Below, in pieces: positions 53,757 to 64,000 of a stretch of DNA of 64,000 nt. The notes below the pieces were generated by a model. The model was not told the origin of the DNA. It saw only the letters and a program-made list of their open reading frames with translations, and did not search any database. This DNA is from Lama guanicoe (taxonomy: Eukaryota), in contig MU053881.1 in assembly GCA_013239625.1 (NCBI GenBank), positions 4,795,957 to 4,859,956 of the forward strand. Direction: 5' to 3'. Made by a program: the position numbers and the translations under genes. Every line of letters starts with the position of its first letter. Position 1 is the first letter of the stretch.

Positions 53757-55005
53757 CTCTGGCTGATGGCATGTTGAGGCATATGGGCCAGTGGCAACGA
53801 AGGCATCCGATCCAGAGGCGGCCACGCTAGAGACCAGGTCACCCCAGCATCGTGGGCCAATGCGTCACCAAATGCACGAATCCGTCATCAGCTCTGGGTG
53901 GCGAGAATGGAGACCACTGTGACCCCAGCAGCAAGTCACACAGCAGGCGGGGTGCAGGCCATCGTGAGGAACAGCTGCCAGCCTGTGGCAAGCCCGGTGG
54001 GGTTACGCTCGTCAAAGGGTCCAAGAAGGCAGAAGCTGCTACTGAGGCCCGCCAGCTGCCAGCATCCTCAGGAGATGCTGGGAGAGAGCCCCAGTCAAAG
54101 GCCGAAGGGTCTTCCTTGCAGAGGCTGGAGGAACTGTTCAGGCGCTACTAAGGATGAGTGGGAGGATGCAGTTTTGGAGGAAGGCATGGAGCGCTTGTGC
54201 AATGACCTATATGTTGACCCCACGGAATTTCTAGTGCTGCTCTTGCCTTGGAAGTTCCAGGCTGCGACCATGTGCAAATTCACCAGGAAGGAGTTTTTTC
54301 ATGGCTGCAAAACAGTGCAGACAGCATTGATGGGATCTGTGCACGATTCCCCAGCCTCTTAACGGTAGCCAAACAAGAGGATAAATTCAAGAATCTCTAC
54401 TAGCTTACATCTCAGTTTGGCCAGGACTCTGAAGAAGGGCAGCGGTCACTGCATCGAGAAATAGCCATTACCCTGTGGAAACTAGTCTTTACCCAGAACA
54501 GTCCTCCAGTATTCGACCAGTGGCTAAACTTCCTAACAGAGAACCCCTTGAGGATCAAAGGCATCTCCCGGGACGCTTGGAACATGTTCCTTTTGTCACT
54601 CAGGTGATTGGCCCCGACTTCAGCAACTACAGTGAAGATGAGGCCTGGCCAGGTCTCTTCAATACCTTTGTGGAGTGGGAAAGGGAACGAAGGAAAAGAG
54701 AAGGGGAAGGGAGAGGTGGGCTCAGGGCCGGGGGGCTTGTGTCCCGAGGAGCCGACTCTGGCTCTGTCTCAGGAGCAGCAGCAAGGATCTGCCCGTGTCC
54801 TAAAGCCATCCGAGGAATTGGACCTTTCTGGAAATTACTGAAGATCTGGATATTTTTTACTTTACACCTTTCTCTGCCTTGTATTTGAAAGGGTTCTAAA
54901 ATGCTGTTTCATGTTTTAGGCATTTTCTTCACTTTTTGGCTATTTTGGTTATTCCTTTTGTGGGGGGGGTTCACCCAAAATATTGCAGCCTGGTTACACG
55001 TTGTG

Positions 55006-55076
55006 TTTCTTTTCTTTTCTTTTCTTTTCTTTTCTTTTCTTTTCTTTTCTTTTCTTTTCTTTTCTTTTCTTTTTTT
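55006..55076 (+). repeat. (CTTTT)n microsatellite in the retrocopy 3' UTR
   Basis: About 13 tandem CTTTT units. Confidence 0.95.
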
Positions 55077-56081
55077 CATTTTTTTTGGGTGGAGAAGGTG
55101 CCAAGCAGGGAGGGGGGTGGTACAGTTAGGCTGAATTATCATTACAAAGGGATACCAGTTTTGCATATTCTTGTTTCTCAGGGCAGGTCCGTACTGTGTG
55201 CAGTGCTGTTTACATGGTTGAATTTAGGTTGTAATAATTATTTTTAAAGATTTACAGAGTTGCATAGCATCAGTAACTGTTAACCACATTGTATTAATTG
55301 CCAGGTGATTTAAAGTTCTTGGAGAGCTAAGGCCAGCCAAGAACATTTATAGTCTAGTTATAACCCCTTTAAAGCTAATGTATCTGAAACCCTTATTTCC
55401 CCGATTTCTTGTTCTTTCCTTCTTTGACCTATTGCATTTCATGTTGAGTTTATCCATCAATGTGCTGCCCCTGTCAGTCAAGTGAGCAGTTGTTTTTTTA
55501 GAACACATTGTATGTACTGAGACCCACTTAAAGCACTGAATGCAGAGAAAGCAGTGCTACCTCAGTTTTGCTGGAAGTAGATTTTGATACTTTTCTTTCT
55601 TTGATGAATATTAGGTCTTTTCATGTTGTAACTGGAAATACTTTTTTTTTTTTTCTGTCCATTTACCTTGGAGCCAAAGTTTGTCTTCCCGGTGGTCACA
55701 AAACTGGGCCTGCCAGCCAACTGACTTGAAGGAAAACTGTGGTATGGAGCTCTGCTTGAATTTTTTTTTTAATTTTTTTAAGTATCATCAGCTTACTTGT
55801 CTGGCAAGTGCAGAAGCCTGGGGCTGACCTGAACTCTGCCAAACAAATAAGAATTGTATTTCATAGTTAAACATGCGCCCTTTCCCTTCTTGCTGCACTC
55901 ATGTTGTCACTTAACCCCCAGAAGTTATTTCTCTTCTTTGTTATAATGTCAGGCTGATTTGGCGTAATGTGATGACTGTTTAGGTTAACAGGACCCTCCT
56001 TCCCTTACCCCCAAATATGTATATATACATATATAAAAATACATATATACGCATATATGTATCTATATTCCTTTGTTTCTT

Positions 56082-56212
56082 CTTTATGTTTTTTTTAAAT
56101 GGGGGAGGTAGTTAGGTTTATTTATTTATTTTAATGGAAGTACTGAGAATTGAACCCAGGACCTCACGCGTGCTAGGCATGCGCTTTATCACTGGGCTAT
56201 AACCGCCCTGCT
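56082..56212 (-). mobile_element. tRNA-derived SINE (Vic-1-like) in the retrocopy 3' UTR
   Basis: Reverse-complement head and tail; flanking TTTGTTTCTT at 56072-56081 and 56213-56222. Confidence 0.85.
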
Positions 56213-59200
56213 TTTGTTTCTTTACCTGCAAAATATGGCTACAAAACGGAGCTGCCTGCAATATATAAAGTATAAGAAGAAGACATCATCATGGAGGCTT
56301 TTGTATCTGAATTTGGTCCATTTTCACTAAAGAACAGATGAATTTTCCCAGCCCTTTCCTCGCAGGAGGGGTCCCAGTTCCCCAGGCTCCCCCCGCGGGC
56401 TCTCCTCCCTGAGGCCAGCTCTGGCCAGACCACCATGGAGGAGTTGATGGGTCCTACCTGGTTTCAGTAGAAGGGCCTCTTGTTATTTTTCCATTTAAAA
56501 AAAAATGTCCTCATAAAATTATACTGGAAGGTTGGGTGGCAGGAACTTGTACAGTTCAGCTTCCAACACTTTGGAAGAGACTGAAAAGGGAGTCCTTTAA
56601 ACAAAAAACTTGTAAAAAAAAAAAAAATCCAGCTTTCCTAGCTGTCACCGGGTTTGTCTCCTGAGTGGTCGTACCGCACAGAGAAACTGACACTTGATAC
56701 CACAAGACTTTTTAAATTCTTGCCAAAATGCAGAGTGTGAAATTAAATCTCATTAGAGATTTCATGTGCATTTCCCTGATGATTGATGAACAATAAATCC
56801 CCTAGAAATTTACTTATTTATTTTTAACTATTGTAAAATACACATAATATAAAACTTGCCGTCTGAACCATTTTTAAGTGTGTGGTTCAATAGCATTAAG
56901 TATATAAATATTGTTGTGCAACCAATCTCCAGTGCTTTATTTTTTTTGAATGGTATGAGGATCAAATTTATCATTATTAATTATTATAATTAATTATTAT
57001 CATCTTTGGTGTTAATTGGCAAACCAGTGGTCCCAGTGCCTTTCACTGAGTAGCCCATCCTTCTTTCAGTGATTCAGAATTTCCTTTGTGTGTGATGTAT
57101 GCAGTTTGTACCTACAAAAGGTGCTCTTTCTGGGTCCTCTCTTTTGGTGTATCTGTGTCAATGACACATTGTTATAATTACTACAACTTTATTATCAGTC
57201 TCAAAAACTGGTAGGGCACATGTGCCCAACCCCTCTTCTTCAAAATGTTTTTGCTTCTGCTATTCCCTTTAAATTTTGGAATTAAACGATCAAGTCCTAC
57301 AAAAATTCCTATCAGGATTTTTTCTTTTTTTTTTTTTTAGTTGCATTGAGGAGATGGGGAAGCCTGAACCAGCCAAAGGCTGAATGTAGAAATGGGGGCC
57401 TCAGTGACTGACCAGGCAGAAGAGATAAAGACAAAGGAGATGAGAAAGAGGTTGAGTTTCCAGCCGGGGCACTGGCGGCCAGTGGCAAGGGTGGAGAAGG
57501 TTTTGAGGTGGTGATTAGGTTGCAACCAAAACGGGAAACACTGGGGTTGGTAAGGGTTTTGACACCCGGCTACTTCATTCTCCGTCACTGGTCCCATGAA
57601 CAGGCATCCCTGACCCACCCTCGGTGGTCAGGTGGGGTCCAGTCTTGGGCCAAAACCTCATGGTGAGACCAAGGACCAGGCTTAATGTCAAGAAGAGCCA
57701 AATGCCAGGCTTTGGGGCAGTGTTAATCCCAGCTCTGGGTAAGACCAGTTCACGGTCAGCTGAACAACTGCGGGTAAAAGAACGGTCAGCTGAGGGCCGA
57801 CGGCCTGCGCTGGGGCCGGGGGCCTCTGCGGGGAGCGGTCTGGACAGAAACTCTTGCTTTGGGCCCACACTGATGCAGAGGGCTCTTCTCTGAAAGCCTT
57901 GCTGGGGAGGAGGCTGGACTGCTAGTCCCGCCTCTTAACCTCTCCCTCCTCCAGTACGCGGGCTGTATCAGTAAGGACACCTGGAGTTGCAAGAGAGGGA
58001 AACCCAAAGTAGAAGTTAATCTTTGACTGACCTGAACAGGAAGACCAGAGAGACATCTAGTTTCAGGCATGGCTGGATCCAGGGGCTCAAATGTTGTCAA
58101 TAGGGTGCTGCCTCTCTGCCTGTCTCTCAGCTTTCTTCTTGAACTGGATCCAGAGATGGTCACTCCATAGCCCCAGGATCTCTTCCTACAAGCTTATTGA
58201 TCCCAGCTGAAGGGAATGCTTCTTTCTGGAGAATTCCAGCAAACACCTCTCAGGACGGATGCTCTGTGGCCTGGCTTTCTTTATGTGAGCCAGTCACTCT
58301 GACCCTGATTGTCCAGGTCACCTCTCCAGCTCTGACCAGGTGGACTGAGAGTGGGGAGAAGTGGTTCCATAAAGGAAAATCCCCAGATGAAGAACGGACG
58401 CAGGACAGGCAGACACAGCAGAAGCCACCGCAGGCCGGGGGAGGGGGCCTCCCTGCTCTGCCCAAGGGAAAGGAGTACGGGAATGTCTCCCAAACCATCT
58501 CCTACCATATAACCAAGTAACCTCCTCTGTGCTCAGCCAGACCCCCTATTATGAAAGAAAAGGGGGAAGTATCTCTGGGTAACCAGGGAGCCCCCCCTCA
58601 CTCTGCTCACACCTGTTTTACATCACTGTGAAAAAAAAAACTAGAAGAGAAAGCAGTTTTTTGAGTGTGTTAAAGTACATAAGGAAAAACAATAAACTTG
58701 CGAGTGGGGGGTTTCAAGTCAGAAGCGACTGGGTGTATTTTGGTCAATTGATAAAATTCTGAATCATGAATGTTATTTGCTCAAAAGGACCTCTGCTATT
58801 TGCTTTCCAGGTTTTTGGTTTAGAAAATGGTTAATAATTTGGTTTCAGCTGCTGCCACATTTCTCGTAGGCCCTGGGATTATACAACCACTTCTGCTCTG
58901 GAGAATAGCCGGGGGCAGCGCCTACTACTTGCTGGAGAGCAGCGTTTGAAGTCAGGGTGATGCTGAGTAACACGAGCAGTGCCACTGAAAGACGGATGTA
59001 AATATTATCCCCGAGAGCTCACCTTTCTGCATAAATCCATTTTCCAGAAGGAAGATGTCTGCGATCTCTTTTCCAACCTGGGCTGAGTCAGCGCCCCAGA
59101 TGGAGGAAGCTGAAGGTCCCACGAAAGGCTTTTCTACCCGGGAAAGACGAATGTGGAGGTGGCAAACCTTAGAAGGCAAACCTGTTTCCGCCTTGCTCAG

Positions 59201-62200
59201 CACAACAAACTTGGAAGTCAAGAACCTACCGCTCTAAAAACCTGCAAATGACCTAAATGCCCAGAAAGGAATGGAGGCCAAACCGTCAGTTCATTCACTG
59301 ACTCAGTAAATGTTACGTGCCAGCAATTATCTCTAGGTAGGAGATTTGCCAGTGATTTTTTTTCTTCTTTAGAATTTGTCAGTGTTTTCCAAATTTTCTC
59401 AAATGAGCCTGTCTCACTTTTATCATCAGAAAAATATTAATGCTCATTCAATAAGGACAAAACCAACGAAAGGAATGGGTGCTCTGGGAGTGGTCTGGCA
59501 GCATGCACCAGTTAGCTACTGCTATGTAACAAATCACCCCAAACATAGTAGCTAAAATCAACATTCATTCCTTATTATTTTCTGTTGTGGTTCTGGGGAC
59601 TGACAGGGCTCAGCCAGGCACTTCTTTCTCAGGGTCTCTCATGCATTTGCAGTCAGATGGTGGCTGGTGCTGGAGCCATTTTGAAGGCTCCCTCCCTCAC
59701 ATGTCTGGCATTTGATGCTGGCTGTTGCTAGGACCTCAGCCGGACTAGAACACCAGCATGTGGGCTCATGTGGCGTGAGCTTCCTCACAGCATAGTGGCT
59801 GGGATCTAAGGGTGAGTGTCCTGAAAGAAGAGAGCCAGATGGATGCTATACTGCCTTATGACCTAGTCTCAGATGTCACACAGTGCCACTTCCACTGCAG
59901 ACCATTATTAGAAGCAAGCCACAGAAGTCAGCCCATATTCAAGAAGAGAGGACTTAGACGCCGACTTCTGATGGGAAGAATGTCGGGAAATTTGCAAACA
60001 TCTTTAAACGGGATCGTGTTTTCCTGAACTAAAGTTCCCAAGAACCTCTGCTGTCCTCCACAACCAGCCATGTTACCCCCAACCCCGTGAGTCTCTGTCA
60101 CATCCATCTTCTCAGCAACCCTGAACCCCACCTTGGACCCTCTGCTCTCAGCAGAAGACCTGGCCCCGTCAGAGACAGCAGACATCCCCACACATACACA
60201 CTCTCTCTAAAAGCTCTCAGAGCTGAACCTGAACCCCTTTCCCAAGGTGACCGCTGTCCCCTCATCTCCTCCATGACCTCATCCAACCTAATGGGCCATC
60301 CTTCTCCCTCTTCCTTCACATTCTTGGAAGGTGCTCGGTTTCCTCAGAGTTCCCTCAGAGCCTGGGGAAGGGAACCATTCAAAAGGCACTGCAATAAGCC
60401 AGCCAAGGTCAGACCAGGGCAGTGGGAAAAGGCAGGAAAGGGTCGGCTAAAAGAAAGTCCCCTTGGGAAATAGAATGGCTGTTCCCTCTAAGGTGATGAT
60501 ATGGGGAGTTTTTGAACTTGACTTTGAGGCTTCCATCTTTTGCGTCCCTGGTGTCTTTCTTAGTAAATACATAAGACAGAGTTCCCTCTGTCCTCTTAAA
60601 TCCCAGAGCAGTGAGTGGTCATCTATCCTGCCAGACAGCATCCTCTTCTTGACCTAACCACCATGACCCCCAAAATAAAGCCCCAAAGAGAAGGGAATGA
60701 ATGCAGTGGCCATTGCATTTGGTTACAGTGTGAGCTCTTGGCCTGAGTTTTGCCCTCTAGTCCTCCCAGTGCCCCTAAGAGGTCAGTGTGGCCGCCTGTT
60801 CCCGTGTCCCAGAAGTTGGGCAGGTGAGGAAACCACAGAGGGGCGATCCCTGTGCAGGACAGCTGACCCCAAGGTCGCACTTCTGACCACTGTGCACTGT
60901 GGCCCATTGCAAACTGCAGGCTGACCAATGCCACAGGCCCTGGCACTTCGCTGTTGGGGACTGAGGCGGGGGTGGTTAATACTCACCTCCCCTCACCCCA
61001 GCCTGCAGCCCTTCATTCCTGACAGCACGGCTGAGACTCCCGCCTGGTATCTCTTAGATTAGCCCCCGGCTATTTTTGTTCTGCCCTTGTTTAGGGAAGA
61101 AACACAGTTGGGGCAAACCCTCAGGCAGGGCCCCCGGGGAGACCACCATTAGCCAAGGAGGAAAACAGAGCTTATTTTACATTTTACGTTTTTTTTTTTT
61201 AATCTTTTTTTCCATAGAAGCATCTCCACACTTTCAGAACCAGGTGGTCATGCATCTGTTAAATGAAGTCTCTTCTCCTGGACTGGTGGGAAGGGGTGTC
61301 AAGGAGAGGGGCTGGGTGAAAGGAAAAGGAACCTGGGAAGGGGAAACGGGAGAGCTGCCGGGGGAAGTCAGGGAAGGCTGGAGAAGGGCCAGGCTGTGCG
61401 TGGGAGGGAGAGCTCAGGGACGTCCCGAGGTGGAGGAGCCCCAGGGACATCTGAGTGGAGACAACAGAGGGGTCTGGGGCTCACTGACGTGGACATCGAG
61501 CCTCTAGATGACTGTTACAGCTCCGGGGACGCGGATGATCTTGCCTCTGAGAGAATAGCTAGAGGCAGGGGAGGGAAGAAGATCTGAACCAGCATCTAAG
61601 GCTGAAGAGAAGATGAAGAAAGAAGGGGGAGCAGGAGTTCCCAGAGAAGCAAAAGGAGAAGCAAGAGAGGCGGGGGGTCACAGAAGCACCAATGAGCAGA
61701 GCGGCGTGCTCAGCACCTGCTGAGAGGAGGTCGGGGGTGGGGGGCAGGCATCTCCAGAGCAGCAGCCTGGAGGTAACTGATCACCTTCCAAAGCTTGTTT
61801 TGGGGAGAATGATGGTAGCAGAAGTCAGACTGAAGAGGCTGAGGAAATGGGGGTGAGGAAAGGGAGACCTGTGTCCCAGAAGTTGGGCAGTCAAGAGGAG
61901 AAAAGACAGAGCAGGGGCTCACGGGGGAAACAAACTTTCCATGTTCCGTTCCGAGCACCGCTCTCTCCCCGCGTTGCTCCCCCAGGCACCCCTGTCATCC
62001 TGTGTCGTCCTCAAGGGCGGGGGCTCCCATTTATGTGCAGTCCTCGGGGTCTAACGCACAGGGGGAGCTCGACAGTTAGAAGATGCTTTGGATGATGCTG
62101 GTAACAACCATGACTACAGCGATGAAGACGATGATGAAAAATACAGATTCTTGAAGATGAGAAAAATCCCCCGTCTGGGGATTAAAAGAACGGTTAGTTG

Positions 62201-62969
62201 CCAGAAGTCTAACCAGGGAGAGCACCTGCTCTGTCTCTGGTCCTCCCCCCCCAGCCTTGTTCACTAGTTCCCCTTTTCTCTGTCTTTACTCAGATCTCTG
62301 GGTGATCTCACCCTACCTCGTGGCTTTAAATTCCACCTGTGCGCCAGAGACTCCCAAACTCACGCCTCTGGCCCCGACTGCTGTCCCAGACTCCAGACTC
62401 ACACAGCCGCCTGCCTACCTGTCACCGTGACCTGAGTGTCTAACAGACACCTCAGACCCAGCGTGTCCAAAACCCAACTCCTGACCTTCTTCCTCCTCCA
62501 GTTCCTTAGGCCAAAAATCTCAGTCTTTGCTCTCTTTCCTTCAAGAATGATGTCCATTCCTTCAGGAAGCTCTGTCCCGTGGGTCTGTCTTCAAAATACA
62601 TCCAGGTTACGACTACCTTTCACCACCTCTACTGCCACCAGCCTGGTACAAGCCACCAGCACCTGCCACCTGGGTGGCTGCCACTGTCCTCGTAACTGGT
62701 CTCCCCGCTCTGCTCGTATCCCCTTCACTTTGTCATCAACATACAAGTCACATCGAGTCACTCCTCTGCTCCAAGTCCTCTGAAGGCTCCCCATGTCCCT
62801 CAGAGTGTAAGGCCAACCCTCCCAGTGACATACAAGGCCATTCGTTAACGATACTGTCCACCCGTCTCTCTGACCACCTGTGTTACTTCTCTCCCACTCC
62901 TCACGCTCTGCGCCAGCCACAGTGGCTTCCGCGCTAGTCCCCAAATGTGCCAGTCAATCATGCTCTGAC

Positions 62970-63752
62970 TCTGAGGTTCCCCCCCGCCACCACCAAGCAG
63001 TTCTCTAACACCAGCTGGGCGTCCTACAATTCCGCTCCATTCCGACACTGTCTACCTGGAGCTGGTGTCAGATCACGCAGGATAAGGGTTCAGTCCTCCA
63101 AGACGCCTCCCACCCCCAGCTTCAGACTCTAATCACAAGTCCAGGTTGTCACTGGCACTTCTGACCAACAGGCTATAGATGGGAGGTTTCCACCGAGCCC
63201 TCCTCCTGGGGTTCCATTAATTGGCTTTAGAGCGGAACTCAGAGAAACGTTTAGTTTACTAGATCACCAGTTTATTATAAAAGGATGTAACTCAGGAACA
63301 TCCAGGTGGAAGAGATGCACGGGGCCAGGTATGGGGAGACGGGGCGGAGCTTCCATGCCCTCCCAAAGGGCAGCACTCTGCCCAGTCTCCACTTGTTCAC
63401 CAACCTGGAAGCTCACCAGACCCCATCCTTTCTGGGTTTTTATGGAGGCCTCATTACATAGTCAGGATTGATGAGGTCATGGACAATTGGTGATTAAACT
63501 TAACCTCCAGCCCTGCTCCCCTCCCTGGATACTAGGAGGCAGGACTGTAAGTTCCAATCGCCTAATCACACAGTTGGTTCCCTTGGTACCAACCCCATCC
63601 TTAATTAGTGCTCTCCCAAAGTCACCTCAAGAATGTAACTAAGGACAACTTTATCACTCTCACTGCAGGAAATTCCAGGGGTTTTAGGACCTCTGTGCCA
63701 GGAACAGAACAAAGACCAAATATATATTTCTTATTATAAATCACAAGGCCAC
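62970..63752 (-). mobile_element. MER21-like LTR
   Basis: Reverse complement of the family seen at 51349-51980 (...GGGTTTTAGGACCTCTG...AAAGACCAAATATATATTTCTT). Confidence 0.75.
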
Positions 63753-64000
63753 ACATGCTCCCACCGTAGTCCTCTGCTCCAGCTGGACCCTCTTCTCCGG
63801 GCCATCCACTCTGCTCTGATCTTTCCTCCTGCATGAGACCAAACCTGCCCCCATGCCTATATTCCAGTTCTCTGTTAGCTGGCTCCACATTCCCCCAAAC
63901 ACTTATTCCCTAATGTAATAAGTTATTTATTTAGTATGTTAATTGCTTTTATTCAAGTATAGTTGATTGACAATATTATATTAGATTCAGGTGTACAGCA

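Larger units (their letters stand above)
52899..56627 (+). pseudogene. DCUN1D3: Processed pseudogene (retrocopy) of DCUN1D3/DCNL3 with 5' UTR, disabled CDS (~53852-54760), 3' UTR and poly(A)
   Basis: Fragments (M)GQCVTKC.NPSS..SKSHSRRGAGHREEQ, EEGMERLCNDLYVDPTEF..WKFQAATMCKFTRKEFF and TQVIGPDFSNYSEDEAWP.LF.TFVEWE.ERRKREGEGRG match DCUN1D3. No intron. Start ATG>GTG at 53852, frameshift/TAA at 54149-54151, further frameshifts near 54312 and 54592, in-frame TAG at 54401. A14 tail 56614-56627; flanking TCCAGCT at 52892-52898 and 56628-56634. Confidence 0.93.

Noticed and set aside
53852..54760. Functional DCUN1D3 gene
   Set aside because: Lost ATG, at least three frameshifts and a nonsense codon, no introns, poly(A) tail and flanking repeats.
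57330..64000. Exons of a neighbouring gene (BNIP1 lies on this side of NKX2-5 in human)
   Set aside because: No recognisable coding sequence on either strand; the region is mostly L2, MLT1 and MER21 relics.

Overview
Mammalian genomic DNA, most likely a camelid (tRNA-derived Vic-1-type SINEs; I saw no Alu or ruminant Bov-type SINEs), centred on the cardiac homeobox gene NKX2-5. The gene is on the + strand with two coding exons (26845-27175 and 28748-29388) encoding 323 aa. Upstream are CpG islands and two blocks matching the known cardiac enhancers AR1 (~15.9-16.2 kb) and AR2 (~23.1-23.6 kb). The 5' leader holds a 20-codon uORF with a perfect GCCACC-ATG context that stops 16 nt before the main start. 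About 23 kb downstream of the gene is a disabled processed pseudogene of DCUN1D3 (~52899-56627). A 623-bp ERV1-like solo LTR with a tandem CCAAT (NF-Y) array has inserted into its 5' UTR and a SINE into its 3' UTR. The rest is intergenic DNA with L1, L2, MIR, MaLR/MER21 LTRs, hAT/Tigger relics and microsatellites. No CRISPR, rRNA or true tRNA gene was found. Repeat family names and most repeat boundaries are by eye and approximate; homology statements come from my recall of these families, not from a search.
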